The notes under the pieces: model-generated
Database searches by the model: none
What the model was told of the DNA's origin: nothing
The model's input: the letters and a program-made list of their open reading frames with translations, nothing else
From: Gammaproteobacteria bacterium
Lineage (GTDB): Bacteria; Pseudomonadota; Gammaproteobacteria; Eutrophobiales; Eutrophobiaceae
Assembly: GCA_963923955.1 (NCBI GenBank)
Contig: OZ000552.1
Location: 2,332,456-2,396,455 of the forward strand
Length of the DNA: 64,000 bases
Reading direction: 5' to 3'
Translations under genes and position numbers: made by a program
Shown here: positions 44,447 through 55,663 of the stretch, piece by piece
Layout of the letters: each line of letters opens with the position of its first letter
How positions within the stretch are numbered: position 1 is the first letter of the stretch

Positions 44447-44701
44447 TCATAAAACTCGCAGTGCTTTTTTTTCTTCCCACTGCTCAGGCGTATAGGTCTG
44501 GATAGAAAGGGCATGTATATCCCCGCCCATTTTCTCTCCCAGGGCCTGATAGACCAGCCGGTGTTGCTGCACCATCGTCTTGCCGGCAAAGGCGGCGCTG
44601 ACAACGATCGCGGCAAAGTGCGCCCCATCATCGCCGTCAAGCTCAACATGAGCCTCCGGGAGGCCCACCTCGATCAACTGCTTAATCTCTTCTGCCTGCA
44701 T
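44447..44701 (-). CDS. BolA/IbaG family protein
   Basis: HF..IVVS..F.GK..VQQHRLVY..L and IHALSI motifs; upstream of murA. Confidence 0.92.
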   Translation of the reverse strand: MQAEEIKQLIEVGLPEAHVELDGDDGAHFAAIVVSAAFAGKTMVQQHRLVYQALGEKMGGDIHALSIQTYTPEQWEEKKALRVL

Positions 44702-44948
44702 GGATTTTTTACACTCCCAAAGCGAAACTTGCTGGCACTATAGGGGAAGTCGGGGTGTTAAGAAAGCCGCTTTTCAGAACGCCGCTCGCACAGCTCACGC
44801 TGGATAGGGGAGATTGAGATTTGGGCGGGCAAGGACGGGCAGCAAGGCATCGCCTTCTTTAATGTCATAGCACGGGAGAGAAGCCGAACGATTTCCGGCC
44901 TGCGTGGCCAGAGTTGTGCACCGGGAACGGACGAAGAATCAGAAGCGC

Positions 44949-45575
44949 CTATTCCGCCTCCAGAGAACTCGCCAGATTGTCGTTGCGTTCTGCGAGCCTT
45001 TTGATCAACGCATCCAGCCCGTTTTTCTTTATTTCTGATCGAAAGGAGCCGCGGTAGGTAGAGATGAGGCTGATACCATCTACGGACACATCCACCACCT
45101 TCCACTGCCCATCGGCTATGTGCATACGATAATTCAAGGGAACGCCCCCGCCGCTGCTCTGCATCTCGGTGTTGACCGTCACCAGCCTGGAATTTTCCCG
45201 GGTCACGGTATCGAGATACTTGATCTCCTCATCGGAATACTCCAGCAGCGCCTTGGCATAGGTGCGCACCAGCAGATTCCTGAACTGCTCAATAAAGGCT
45301 TGGCGCTGTTCCTCGCTGGCCTGCTTCCAACTGGCACCCAAGACCCAGCGCGACATGCTGACAAAATCAAAGCGCGGGACGACCAACTCATTGACCAGGG
45401 CGTAGATACGCTCCGGGTGGCGCTCCAACTCCTGCCGCTCCGCAGCAAGGCGCTCCAGCACCCCATCCACCGTGACCCTGACCACATCGCTTGCGCGCTG
45501 CTCCGTTGCTGCAGCAGTCGGGCATGACAGCAACAGCAACAGAGAAAGCGCAGAAATAACGATGCCTAACTTCAT
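44949..45575 (-). CDS. mlaC: MlaC/Ttg2D family lipid-binding periplasmic protein
   Basis: FDF..MSR.VLG..W and WKVVDV.VDGISL..TYR..F motifs; signal peptide. Confidence 0.88.
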   Translation of the reverse strand: MKLGIVISALSLLLLLSCPTAAATEQRASDVVRVTVDGVLERLAAERQELERHPERIYALVNELVVPRFDFVSMSRWVLGASWKQASEEQRQAFIEQFRNLLVRTYAKALLEYSDEEIKYLDTVTRENSRLVTVNTEMQSSGGGVPLNYRMHIADGQWKVVDVSVDGISLISTYRGSFRSEIKKNGLDALIKRLAERNDNLASSLEAE

Positions 45576-45757
45576 GATTTGCTTAAATTCTCCGATTACG
45601 ATTATGAGGGCTTATGCTAAGGCGAATACTACCAGATGAGAAGGCCCTGATGACAGGAAAGTTCCGATCTTTTGTCGGAAAAAATGACCATCTGCGCGCT
45701 TTCTCCCTTGCCGCCGGGGCACAAGCCCATGCAATGATCCGATCTTCCCCCCTTGTT

Positions 45758-48241
45758 CTAAAAGGGCCGCCATAGCAGGATCAGCCTGGGCAGCAGCGTC
45801 AGGGCGGCCAGCAGGGCGATGAACATGGCCAGCGCGGTCAGCAGGCCGAAGTAGATGGTCGGGATAAAATTAGACAGCACCAGGATGGAGAAGCCGACAA
45901 TGATGGTGATGGCCGTGTAGAACACCGCCCGGCCGATGTTGGCGTGACAATAATACAGCGTTGCCCGGTAATCCTTACTCTTGGCAAATTCCTGGCGATA
46001 GCGATAGATGTAGTGAATGCTGTTATCCACCGCGATGCCGATGGTGATCGCGGCAATGGTAATGGTCATCATATCAAGGGGAATATTCAGCAGCCCCATC
46101 AGCCCGAGGATGACGCCGGCGGCCAGGATATTCGGGATGATGCCAATCAGCGCCAGCTTGAAGGAGCGAAACAGCGCGAATAACATCAGGGCGATGCCCG
46201 CCATGACCACGCCCAAGGTCATGATCTGGGATTGAAACAGGCTCTGTAGCATGTTGTTATAAAGAATCAGCAGGCCCGTCATGCGGTATTCATCTTGCTC
46301 CAAGCCCAGTTCCTGCTGCAGCCCGGCATCAATCTGCTCGATCAATTCCTTGCGCCGCAGGTCTTTTAGCGAGTCCATGACTCGCACTGTGATACGCGCC
46401 TCGTTATCCTCAATGGAGATATAGGGATCGATCATGCTCTGGCGCAACCCCTCCGGCATGCGCTTGTTGATAATGGCCAACTCAAAGGCGTCAAACGCCA
46501 CGCCCTCGTTCAGCTCCTCGGCGATGTCGAGCACCGCCGCCAGCGACAGCACCTTGCCGACGGCGGGAATGCCCTGCAGATAATCATGCACCGCCTTGAT
46601 CCGATCGATCTTGTATGAGGTGAACCAGGCCTCCGCCGGGTCGCTTTCTATTTCCCCGAACAGGGCGTCAAATTCATCTTTCTCTGCGAGCTCGCCATCG
46701 GCATAGTCCGGGCCGTATTCTTTTGCCGGATCAAAGTGCAGCAGGATGTCCAGCGTGGTCGTGCCGCCGAGCTTCTCATCGATCAATTTCAGGCCCTGAT
46801 GGATCTCGGTGCTGTCACTAAAGTAATTCACGAAGCTGTTCTCAACCTTTAATCGGGTCATCCCGAAGAGGCTGACAAGCCCCAGCAATGCGGCGATCAG
46901 CAAGACCTTGTTGCCATGCTTATCGGCACAGGCGGCCAGCGCGGCGGTTAGCGGCACTTCCTGCCTGCTCCCGGCAGCGGCCGCAGCCGATTTATCCAGC
47001 AAGACCAGCAGCGCGGGAAAGAGCAAGAACGAAGTTAAGAAGGTTAGGCCCAGGCCCATGGTCATCATCCAGCCGAAATCCATCACCGGCTTGATACCGC
47101 TGACCACCAGCGAGGCAAAGCCTATCATCGTTGTCAGCGCAGTATAGAGACAGGGCCAGACCATCAGGCGACAGGTTTCAAACACTAATTGTCTTTGAGC
47201 AAGTTGCGGCCGGTCCTGGCGCAACTGCCGATAACGAACGATCAGGTGGATGTTCATCGACATGGTGATGATCAGCATCAGCGAGATAAAATTCGAGGAG
47301 ATAACCGTAACCCGCCAGCCGCTGAGACCGAGCAGACCTATCATCAGGCTGCCGGCAAAGGCACAGCTTAGCAAGGGCAGCAGCACCCAGCGCGGCGAGC
47401 GGAATATGAGGCTCAGCATGATCAACAGGAAGGCGAATATCCCCAGCCCGAAGATGAGGAGATCGTTCTTGATAAAGCTGATCATGTCATCGCTGATCAT
47501 CGGCACCCCGCCCAGATGCAGGCTGCCGAAGGCGCGGTATTTCTCCATCAGCGCGCGGATCTGCATGATGTTTGCATGGTTTTTCTCGGCGATCACCGTC
47601 TTGATAAAATCATATTCCTGCACGGTGGCGGCGAGTTCCAATTCTTCCTCAATGCTCAAGCCGCTTGTTTGTCTCATCGCAAGCAAGCGATTGCGTTCCT
47701 TCAGCAGGCGATTAAATTCAGGCTCAGGCTTAAGATTCACTAACAAGGCGGTCGTCTTGCCATCCAGGCTGATGATCAATTCCTTAAACACCGGACTCTC
47801 TAACAGCTCCTCCCTTGCCTGTTCCCGATCAACATCGGCTGCTTGTAAGGTGCGGTAATTTTTTACGACTTCGGACAGCTTCCCGCCGATGATCTTAAGC
47901 AGGGGGACATCAACCAGGGACAACACCGAATCAACCCCGGGCAGCTGCGCCAGTTCATCACGCAGGGAGCTGATCTGTTGCAGGGATTCATCGGCAAAGA
48001 GATCCTGATGCGGCGTGAAGGTGACGAACAAAAACTCCAGCGACTCATAGCGCTCGTTCATCTCACGAAAGATGCGCAGGTCTTCATCATCTTCCAAGAG
48101 CAGCGCATCGGCTGACGCATCCAGCTTAAAATCCTGAGCTGACCAGGCAAAGAAGACAAACACACACAGCAGGGCGGCAATAACAGATTTTGGCCGCTCC
48201 AGTATCAGCCGGTTGTAGAGCTCAGCAATCCACGCAGTCAT
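45758..48241 (-). CDS. MMPL/RND family transporter
   Basis: Two TM clusters; ALTT.IGF.SL and GIAVDNSIH motifs. Confidence 0.88.
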   Translation of the reverse strand: MTAWIAELYNRLILERPKSVIAALLCVFVFFAWSAQDFKLDASADALLLEDDEDLRIFREMNERYESLEFLFVTFTPHQDLFADESLQQISSLRDELAQLPGVDSVLSLVDVPLLKIIGGKLSEVVKNYRTLQAADVDREQAREELLESPVFKELIISLDGKTTALLVNLKPEPEFNRLLKERNRLLAMRQTSGLSIEEELELAATVQEYDFIKTVIAEKNHANIMQIRALMEKYRAFGSLHLGGVPMISDDMISFIKNDLLIFGLGIFAFLLIMLSLIFRSPRWVLLPLLSCAFAGSLMIGLLGLSGWRVTVISSNFISLMLIITMSMNIHLIVRYRQLRQDRPQLAQRQLVFETCRLMVWPCLYTALTTMIGFASLVVSGIKPVMDFGWMMTMGLGLTFLTSFLLFPALLVLLDKSAAAAAGSRQEVPLTAALAACADKHGNKVLLIAALLGLVSLFGMTRLKVENSFVNYFSDSTEIHQGLKLIDEKLGGTTTLDILLHFDPAKEYGPDYADGELAEKDEFDALFGEIESDPAEAWFTSYKIDRIKAVHDYLQGIPAVGKVLSLAAVLDIAEELNEGVAFDAFELAIINKRMPEGLRQSMIDPYISIEDNEARITVRVMDSLKDLRRKELIEQIDAGLQQELGLEQDEYRMTGLLILYNNMLQSLFQSQIMTLGVVMAGIALMLFALFRSFKLALIGIIPNILAAGVILGLMGLLNIPLDMMTITIAAITIGIAVDNSIHYIYRYRQEFAKSKDYRATLYYCHANIGRAVFYTAITIIVGFSILVLSNFIPTIYFGLLTALAMFIALLAALTLLPRLILLWRPF

Positions 48242-48350
48242 TTTTTAGTTAAGCATAGAGAAACATAATCATCACCGTCGGCTATCATATCGGCGCTGAC
48301 AAACCTGTTATATTAGCCCATAATGACGGCAATGCTTAGGCCGGGGACTA

Positions 48351-48764
48351 TTGATGAAAACATTTATACTTATCTTATTTTCCTTATTCGGTATAAATCA
48401 CGTGTACGCCGCCTCGCCGGCAGCCGATAATGCTGAACTGTATTTTATCTCGCCGGTGGATGGCCAGACTGTCACGAGCCCGCTCACCGTGCGCTTTGGG
48501 CTGAAGAATATGGGCGTAGCTCCAGCCGGGATCAATGTTGAAAATACCGGCCATCATCACCTGCTGATCAATACCGAATTGCCCGCCTTGGACCGACCCA
48601 TCCCCAGCGATGCGGCACATCTGCACTTTGGCGGCGGGCAGACGGAGACGACACTGGAACTGGCACCCGGCAGGCATACGCTGCAACTATTGCTGGGCGA
48701 TTTCTCGCACACGCCGCATCAGCCACCGGTCATGTCCGAGAAAATTACCATAACTGTAGAGTAA
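48351..48764 (+). CDS. DUF4399-like exported protein
   Basis: Signal peptide; GHHHLLI, HFGGGQTE and H.PH motifs. Confidence 0.8.
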   Translation: MMKTFILILFSLFGINHVYAASPAADNAELYFISPVDGQTVTSPLTVRFGLKNMGVAPAGINVENTGHHHLLINTELPALDRPIPSDAAHLHFGGGQTETTLELAPGRHTLQLLLGDFSHTPHQPPVMSEKITITVE

Positions 48765-48787
48765 GGGAGGCCCTGCTTGACGGCCGA

Positions 48788-49177
48788 CTAGGCTGATTTT
48801 TCCGCAAGCAGCTCTATCTTGTAGCCATCCGGGTCTTCCACAAAGGCGATGACCGTTGCGCCGCCCTGCATCGGACCCGCTTCACGCACGATGTTCCCGC
48901 CCTTTGCCCGTATCCGTTCACAGCTTGCATAGACATCATCCACACCGATGGCAATATGCCCGTAGGCATCGCCGTGCTCGTAGCTGTCTTTTCCCCAGTT
49001 ATAGGTCAACTCCAGGACGGTGTTCTGCGCCTCATCGCCATAGCCGAGAAAGGCAAGCGTGAATTCACCGGCGGGAAATTCCTTCTCTCGCAGCAATTTC
49101 ATGCCGAGCATGTCCGTATAAAAGGCCTTGGATCTCTCCAGGTTGGAGACCCGTAACATAGTATGTAAAATGCGCAT
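48788..49177 (-). CDS. gloA: Lactoylglutathione lyase (glyoxalase I)
   Basis: [23 protein letters not shown] and DPDGYKIEL motifs. Confidence 0.95.
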   Translation of the reverse strand: MRILHTMLRVSNLERSKAFYTDMLGMKLLREKEFPAGEFTLAFLGYGDEAQNTVLELTYNWGKDSYEHGDAYGHIAIGVDDVYASCERIRAKGGNIVREAGPMQGGATVIAFVEDPDGYKIELLAEKSA

Positions 49178-49301
49178 AGCAGCCCTCGTTTTTTTTAGCC
49201 TTACCTGCAAAGAAGCCCGGTCGATCCAGCGGTCAGTATGCCAAAATGCCGGGCAGAATAACAGCGAATAAGGTTTAGACAACGGTGCATGGCCTTAGCT
49301 G

Positions 49302-49904
49302 TTACGGCAGCTTAATCTCGCCGGCGATGATCCTGCCTATCGTCTCGACATAAAAACCATGCTCCACGGCCAGCACCCGCGCGGCCAGGGTCTCCGCCGT
49401 GTCATCAGGCTTAACGACAATTTTCTTCTGCGCCAGGATCGCCCCAGTATCATATTCGCCATCCACCCGATGAATCGTAACCCCGCTTTCCTTTTCCTTC
49501 GCTGCAATCACCGCCGCATGCACCCGCATACCATACATGCCCCGACCGCCATACTTAGGCAGCAGGCCGGGATGAATATTGATCAGCCGACCGGCAAAGG
49601 CCGCCAGGGTGAGGGGCCCCACCTTTTTCATATAACCGGCCAGCACGACCAGCTCGACATCGTGTTGCCTTAAGGTATCAGCAATCACTGCGTCCAACTC
49701 AGCAGGCTCTGCGTGCGTCCGGCTGCTCAGGTGATAGGCCGGGATGCCGGCTGCTACGGCCCGCTTGCGCGCACCTGAATCCGCATTATTACTGATCACC
49801 ACCGCCGGATTTGCCGACAACACCCCTTGCCGGCAGGCATCAATAATGGCCTGCATATTCGTCCCCCGATGAGAGGCAAGAAGGCCCAGATTCATTTTGC
49901 GCAT
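49302..49904 (-). CDS. purN: Phosphoribosylglycinamide formyltransferase
   Basis: GTNMQAI, LAGYM, INIHPGLLP and YDTG.I motifs. Confidence 0.9.
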   Translation of the reverse strand: MRKMNLGLLASHRGTNMQAIIDACRQGVLSANPAVVISNNADSGARKRAVAAGIPAYHLSSRTHAEPAELDAVIADTLRQHDVELVVLAGYMKKVGPLTLAAFAGRLINIHPGLLPKYGGRGMYGMRVHAAVIAAKEKESGVTIHRVDGEYDTGAILAQKKIVVKPDDTAETLAARVLAVEHGFYVETIGRIIAGEIKLP

Positions 49905-49919
49905 GGCGGAAATTATGCT

Positions 49920-51050
49920 TTAAGCTATCACCTTAAAACCCAAGGCGATGAGTTTCTGCTCCAGGCCGGGCCGTGCATTTTTCACTCTCACCCGCATCGC
50001 CGGAAACTCGCGGCGCACGGGATAATGCTTACGCAAGTCATGAAAAAAGGCCGCGCGCTGTTGCTCATCAAGCCCCAGGATCTGCTGTAGAGAGCCGCTG
50101 TCACCACGCACATCATAGGCGGACAACACCGCCATCTGTATGGCTTCCATGTCGCTGCCAAAACCATCCAGGCTAATCTCACCTAAGGCCGACTCGGGCA
50201 ATAGCGGCGGCTTAAGCACTGCGGCCTGCTCAAAGGCGGCACAGAGCATACCGGTGCCTGCCAGCCGGGCATCGGCGCTATAGCCGGCTATGTGCGGCGT
50301 ATTGATGCTGGTGAGCGCTAATAACTCAGTATTGATATCAGGTTCATTATCCCAGACATCAAGAACGATATGCGCATCGAGGTTCTGCTTCTTAAAAGCG
50401 AGCAGGGCTGCTTCATCAACCACCCCGCCGCGGGAGGTATTGATCAGTATGACATCGCGCTTTACACGCTTGAGCGAGTCCGCATTAATCAGGTGATAGG
50501 TCGGGTATCGGCCCGCCTTGCTTAGGGGCACATGCAGGCTCACAACATCCGAGCGCAATACCTCATCCAGCTCACAAAAGCGGTGATCCCCGATCTTTTC
50601 TTGTAGCAATGGATCATTCACCCGGCTGCGCATCCCGCAGGACTGCAACAGGCTCTCCAACTGTCGGCCCACATGACCATAGCCGATAATACCAAGCTGC
50701 TTATCGGCCAACTCAAAGCCCTGCCGATCCGCCATGACAAACAGGCTGCTTAGTACATATTCAGCAACAGCGCGCGCATTACAACCGGGCGCATGGGCAA
50801 AACGAATACCGCGCTTTGCAAGATAATCCGTATCAACATGATCAATCCCGCTGGTCGCACTGCCCACAAAGGCGAGCTGACTCTCACGCAGGAGATGTTC
50901 ATCAATCCGGGTAACTGTGCGCACGAGCAAGGCATCCGCATCGGCAACCGCAGCCGCATCGATCTGAGCGCCATCAATGAGTTGTAGCTCCCCCAGCGGA
51001 GAGAAGAAATGCTGTATGAAGGGGATAGCCTGATCGGCGACGATCTTCAC
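49920..51050 (-). CDS. pdxB: 4-phosphoerythronate dehydrogenase
   Basis: APGCNA.AV.EY, LDVWDNEP, TPHIAGYS and Y.VRREF motifs. Confidence 0.93.
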   Translation of the reverse strand: MKIVADQAIPFIQHFFSPLGELQLIDGAQIDAAAVADADALLVRTVTRIDEHLLRESQLAFVGSATSGIDHVDTDYLAKRGIRFAHAPGCNARAVAEYVLSSLFVMADRQGFELADKQLGIIGYGHVGRQLESLLQSCGMRSRVNDPLLQEKIGDHRFCELDEVLRSDVVSLHVPLSKAGRYPTYHLINADSLKRVKRDVILINTSRGGVVDEAALLAFKKQNLDAHIVLDVWDNEPDINTELLALTSINTPHIAGYSADARLAGTGMLCAAFEQAAVLKPPLLPESALGEISLDGFGSDMEAIQMAVLSAYDVRGDSGSLQQILGLDEQQRAAFFHDLRKHYPVRREFPAMRVRVKNARPGLEQKLIALGFKVIA

Positions 51051-51181
51051 TGCTGTGTAAAAGTATAACGGCTATGGGCTAACCGGAGGCTGCCGATCTT
51101 TTGCATTGAAAGAGGAACAGTGCATTCTCTTGGCATTTTGTGCCAGAGTGGGGGACTAGCGGAGAGAATCATGACCGCTGT

Positions 51182-52102
51182 TTAAGTGCGTGTTTCTCCT
51201 TCTTTCTCCACCGGCATTAGATCCTGCCTGGTCACGCCTAGTGCCAGGGTCAGCGGGCTGGCGACGTAGATGGAGGAATAGGTTCCGATCAGCACACCCA
51301 CTATCAGGGCAACGGAAAAGGCATGGATGGTCTCGCCGCCAAAATAGAACAGGGCGCCCAGCACCAACAGGGTCGTGAACGAGGTAATCAGGGTGCGGCT
51401 CAGGGTTTGGTTTAACGAGGTATTGATGACGTCCAGTGGCGTGGCCTTGCGCAGGCGGCGAAAGTTCTCCCGGATGCGGTCGAAGACAACGATGGTGTCG
51501 TTTAATGAATAACCAATAACGGCCAACACCGCGGCCAGTACGCTCAAGTCAAAGTCCATCTGCGTGAGCGAGAAGAAGCCGATGGTGATGGTAACATCGT
51601 GCACCAGGGCGGCGATGGCGCCGACGGAGAAGCGCATCTGGAAGCGCAGGGCGACATAAAGCAAGATGCCGATTAAGGCATAGACCATGGCCAGGCCGCC
51701 GTCCTCGCGCAATTCCTCGCCCACCTGCGGGCCGACAAATTCCACCCGCCGCATTTCCACGTCCTGGCCGGCCCGGCGCAAGAGTCGCATGATCTCGTTG
51801 GAGACCTGCGCGCTGTTCAAGCCTTCCTTTGAAGCAACGCGGATCAGCACATCATCGGCGCTGCCGAAGTATTGCACGATCGCCTCGTTGAATTTTGACC
51901 CGGCCAGCGCCGTGCGCACCTGATTTAATTCCACGCTCTCGGCATAGCCCACCTCCACCAGCGTGCCGCCGGTAAAATCAATGCCGAAATTCAAGCCCCG
52001 AAAAACGATGGAAGAGACCGCCGCCAAGAGCAACACGGCGGAGAAGATCACCGCAATGCGGCGCTTGCTCATAAAGTCAAAATTCATGTTCTGATCAGCC
52101 AT
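51182..52102 (-). CDS. secF: Protein translocase subunit SecF
   Basis: GIDFTGG and GYSLNDTIVVFDRIRE motifs. Confidence 0.97.
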   Translation of the reverse strand: MADQNMNFDFMSKRRIAVIFSAVLLLAAVSSIVFRGLNFGIDFTGGTLVEVGYAESVELNQVRTALAGSKFNEAIVQYFGSADDVLIRVASKEGLNSAQVSNEIMRLLRRAGQDVEMRRVEFVGPQVGEELREDGGLAMVYALIGILLYVALRFQMRFSVGAIAALVHDVTITIGFFSLTQMDFDLSVLAAVLAVIGYSLNDTIVVFDRIRENFRRLRKATPLDVINTSLNQTLSRTLITSFTTLLVLGALFYFGGETIHAFSVALIVGVLIGTYSSIYVASPLTLALGVTRQDLMPVEKEGETRT

Positions 52103-52116
52103 GTTTGCTAAGGCTC

Positions 52117-53979
52117 CTAGATCGACAGCTTGTCCAGTTTGCGCCCACCGTAGATAAAATTGATCATCGCCCGGGTTACCATGATGGCGGTGAACATGGA
52201 GCAGACGATGCCTAAAGACAAGGTAACGGCAAAGCCCTTGATCGGCCCGGTGCCAAAACCGAACAGCACCAGCGCCGCAATCAGCGTGGTAACATTGGCA
52301 TCGGCAATGGTGGAGAAGGCCTTTTCATAGCCGGCGTGGATGCTGGCCTGCGGCGAGTTGCCGTTTTTTACCTCTTCGCGGATGCGCTGGAAGATCAGCA
52401 CATTGGCATCCACGGCCATGCCCACGGTCAAGACAATGCCGGCGATGCCGGGCAGGGTCAGGGTGGCCTGCAACATGGACAGCAGGGCGATGATCAAGAC
52501 AAGGTTCAAGGTGAGCGCGACATTGGCTGCTAAGCCGAAGACGCGATAGTAAAACAGCATGAACACTAAAACCAGAACAAAGCCGATGACGACCGAGCGC
52601 ATGCCCATGTCGATGTTGTCCTGGCCTAAGCTGGGGCCGATGGTGCGCTCCTCAATAATTTCGATCGGCGCGGCCAGGGCACCGGCGCGCAGTAACAAAG
52701 CCAGGTTGCGCGCCTCTTGGGTGGTGTCCAGGCCGGTGATCTGAAAGCGCTTGCCGAGTTGGTCGCGGATGACGGCCACGTTGATCACTTCTTCGATGAT
52801 CTCCTTGCGCTTTGTGATCGTCCCGTCTTCCGCCTCGACCGTCTCCACCTTGTTCTCGATAAACACCACCGCCATACTCTTGCCGATGCGATCCCGGGTG
52901 GCGTTGCTGAAGCGTTTTGCCCCCTTGCCATCGAGCGTGATGCTGACATTCGGGCTGCCGCTTAGCTGGTCGATGCCGGAGGCCGCATCAATGATGGAAT
53001 CCCCGGTCAGGATGACCTGTTTTTTCAGCAATACCGCCTGGCCGTTGCGGTCGTAGTAGAGCCTCGCCCCCGGCGGCACACGCCCATCCAGCGCATCGCG
53101 CACATCCCGCTCCTCGTCCACCATGCGAAATTCCAGCGTTGCGGTGGCGCCCAGAATCTCCTTGGCGCGCGCGGTGTCCTGCACCCCGGGCAACTGCACC
53201 ACCACTCGCTCCAGCCCTTGTTGCTGGATCACCGGCTCGGCCACACCCAACTCGTTCACCCGCTTGCGCAAGGTGGTAATGTTCTGCTGCAAGGCCAGCC
53301 GCCGCGTCTCGATCAGGGCGGCGTCTTTTAGGCGCGCCACGGCATTGAACTCGCCTGCGGGTTGGTCGAGCGCACGGACATCCAGGTCATCGTATTCCGA
53401 CTCGATCAACTCGCTGCCTTGAAGCCGCTGCCCGGCATTGCGAAAGCGGATCAGCAGACCGCCTTCAGCGCGCCGGCCGATGGTGCGATAACGGATCCGG
53501 TTCTCTCTTAACAGGCTGCGAATGTCCGAGACATAGCGATCTTCGGCCTTGGCCTTTGCCGCATCCATATCGACTTCCATCAGGAAATGCACCCCGCCGC
53601 GCAGATCCAGCCCCAGGAACATCGGCTCGGCCTTGACGCGGCGTAGCCAGTCCGGCGTTGCCGGCGCAAGGTTCATGGCCACTACATAGCCCCGGCCCAA
53701 AGCGCGGCTGATCAAGGGCTGCGCTTGTAACTGCGTCTCCTCATCAGCAAAGCGCACCAGCAACTGCTCCGGCCCCAGTTCAATGCCCTTGCTGGGCAGA
53801 GCGGCCGACTCCAGTGCCTCTTCCACGGCAAAGCGGGTTAGGTCGCTGACCTCGGCGGCGCGGGAGGCGGAGATCTGCAAGGCCGGATCCTTGCCGTAAA
53901 TATTCGGCAAGGCATAGACGATGCCGACCGCCACGATGATGGCGATCAGCACATACTTCCAGGGCGGGTAACGATTCAT
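52117..53979 (-). CDS. secD: Protein translocase subunit SecD
   Basis: LGLDLRGG and GMAVDANVLI motifs. Confidence 0.97.
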   Translation of the reverse strand: MNRYPPWKYVLIAIIVAVGIVYALPNIYGKDPALQISASRAAEVSDLTRFAVEEALESAALPSKGIELGPEQLLVRFADEETQLQAQPLISRALGRGYVVAMNLAPATPDWLRRVKAEPMFLGLDLRGGVHFLMEVDMDAAKAKAEDRYVSDIRSLLRENRIRYRTIGRRAEGGLLIRFRNAGQRLQGSELIESEYDDLDVRALDQPAGEFNAVARLKDAALIETRRLALQQNITTLRKRVNELGVAEPVIQQQGLERVVVQLPGVQDTARAKEILGATATLEFRMVDEERDVRDALDGRVPPGARLYYDRNGQAVLLKKQVILTGDSIIDAASGIDQLSGSPNVSITLDGKGAKRFSNATRDRIGKSMAVVFIENKVETVEAEDGTITKRKEIIEEVINVAVIRDQLGKRFQITGLDTTQEARNLALLLRAGALAAPIEIIEERTIGPSLGQDNIDMGMRSVVIGFVLVLVFMLFYYRVFGLAANVALTLNLVLIIALLSMLQATLTLPGIAGIVLTVGMAVDANVLIFQRIREEVKNGNSPQASIHAGYEKAFSTIADANVTTLIAALVLFGFGTGPIKGFAVTLSLGIVCSMFTAIMVTRAMINFIYGGRKLDKLSI

Positions 53980-54002
53980 GGCAAGACGATGGCGGGCGTG
54001 GG

Positions 54003-54332
54003 CTAGAGCGTCTTGACGGTGCCCTTCGGCATCACCGCGGAGATCGAGTGCTTTTGGATTTTCACTTCCGTATCCTTGGCGATCTCAAGCAAGACAAAGC
54101 TATCCCCCACCTGGTTGATCTTCCCGAGCAGGCCGCCGCTGGTAACGACCTCATCGCCCTTGGCAATGCCGGCCACCATCTTCTTATGCTCCTTGGCCTG
54201 CTTCATCTGCGGGCGGATCAGCATAAGATAAAACACCACAAAGATGATGCCGAACATAAACAGGGTGGCTAAGCCACTGCCCTGCGGCGGGGCACCTTGT
54301 GCCCAGGCGTTATTGATGAAAAAATCCGGCAT
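54003..54332 (-). CDS. yajC: Preprotein translocase subunit YajC
   Basis: IRPQ.K and GDEVVT.GG motifs; upstream of secD. Confidence 0.95.
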   Translation of the reverse strand: MPDFFINNAWAQGAPPQGSGLATLFMFGIIFVVFYLMLIRPQMKQAKEHKKMVAGIAKGDEVVTSGGLLGKINQVGDSFVLLEIAKDTEVKIQKHSISAVMPKGTVKTL

Positions 54333-54535
54333 CTTGGCTTGTCTCGCGGCCCATAAAAGGCGCTATTATGACACAAGCGCTGCTGCGAATCAGCATTATC
54401 AGTTAAGTGCAGACTGCGCGGCCGGCTATTCAATCAGCATGAAACGCACAGGAAAAATCCTCTATACTCCGGCTACCCTTGTACGAAATAGCATCCTCAC
54501 AAAATCTTTTAAGCAAATTCTGGTTCGGAGCAGCG

Positions 54536-55663
54536 ATGTTAGTCGGCGTACCCAAAGAGATTAAAGATCACGAATACCGCGTTGGCTTAACGCCCGGCAG
54601 CGTGCGCGAGTTGCTCAGGTATGGCCGGGAGGTCATGGTGGAGACCGGCGCCGGGGCCGGTATCGGCATGAGCGATGCGGACTACCGGCAGGCGGGCGCG
54701 GTGGTGGTGGACAGTGCCGAGGAGGTCTTTGCCCGCAGCGACATGCTGGTCAAGGTCAAGGAGCCACAGGCCGGCGAGTGCCGCATGCTGCGGGAAGGGC
54801 AGCTCCTGTTCACCTATCTGCATCTGGCGCCGGACCCGGAACAGGCGCGGCGGCTGCTGGAATCCGGCGTCATTGCGATTGCCTATGAGACCGTTACCGG
54901 GCCGGGCAATACCCTGCCCCTGCTGGCACCCATGAGCGAGGTGGCCGGCAGGCTGTCGATCCAGGCCGGTGCCCATTGTCTGGAGAAGGCGCAAGGCGGG
55001 GCCGGCGTCCTGTTGGGCGGCGTGCCCGGGGTGGCGCCGGCGCGGGTGCTGGTGATCGGCGGCGGGGTCGTGGGCGACAATGCTGCGGCCATGGCGAAGG
55101 GCATGGGTGCGGATGTCACCATTTTGGATCAGTCGCTGCCGCGCCTGCGCCAGCTGGATGCGGAATATGCCGGCCGCGTCAAGTGTGTGTATTCCACCGC
55201 CGAGACCATCGAGGAATATGCCGTGCAGGCGGACATGGTGGTGGGCGCGGTGCTGATCCCCGGGGCAGCCGCGCCCAAGCTGCTCGGCCGGGCGTTGATC
55301 GGACGCATGAAGCCGGGCGCGGTGGCCGTTGATGTCGCCATCGACCAGGGCGGCTGCTTTGAAACTTCCAAGGCCACCACCCACCAGGCGCCGACCTATG
55401 TCGTTGATGAGGTGGTGCATTACTGCGTTGCAAACATGCCCGGTGCCGTGCCGCGCACTTCCACGCTGGCGCTCAATAACGCCACCCTGCCCTTCACGCT
55501 GGCACTCGCCATCAAGGGCCATCAACAGGCGCTGCTTGAAGATGCGGCGCTGGCCAAGGGCCTGAACGTATATCGCGGCCGGATCACCTGCGCGGCGGTG
55601 GCTGAAGAGCTGGGCTATGACTATCAGCCGCCGGAGGAGGTGCTGGCTAAGCCGGCGGCGTGA
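54536..55663 (+). CDS. ald: Alanine dehydrogenase
   Basis: GVPKEIK..EYRV, FTYLHLA, IDQGGC and ANMPGAV motifs. Confidence 0.96.
   Translation: MLVGVPKEIKDHEYRVGLTPGSVRELLRYGREVMVETGAGAGIGMSDADYRQAGAVVVDSAEEVFARSDMLVKVKEPQAGECRMLREGQLLFTYLHLAPDPEQARRLLESGVIAIAYETVTGPGNTLPLLAPMSEVAGRLSIQAGAHCLEKAQGGAGVLLGGVPGVAPARVLVIGGGVVGDNAAAMAKGMGADVTILDQSLPRLRQLDAEYAGRVKCVYSTAETIEEYAVQADMVVGAVLIPGAAAPKLLGRALIGRMKPGAVAVDVAIDQGGCFETSKATTHQAPTYVVDEVVHYCVANMPGAVPRTSTLALNNATLPFTLALAIKGHQQALLEDAALAKGLNVYRGRITCAAVAEELGYDYQPPEEVLAKPAA

Noticed and set aside
44702-44948. Intergenic region between mlaC and bolA with several GGA motifs and a 115-aa ORF
   Set aside because: The GGAs are not in convincing hairpin loops and the ORF overlaps mlaC with no motif; neither an sRNA nor an mlaB remnant could be supported.
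45640-45690. CTGATGA...GAAA resembling a hammerhead ribozyme core
   Set aside because: No stem II can form between CTGATGA and either GAAA, and flanking stems I and III are absent.
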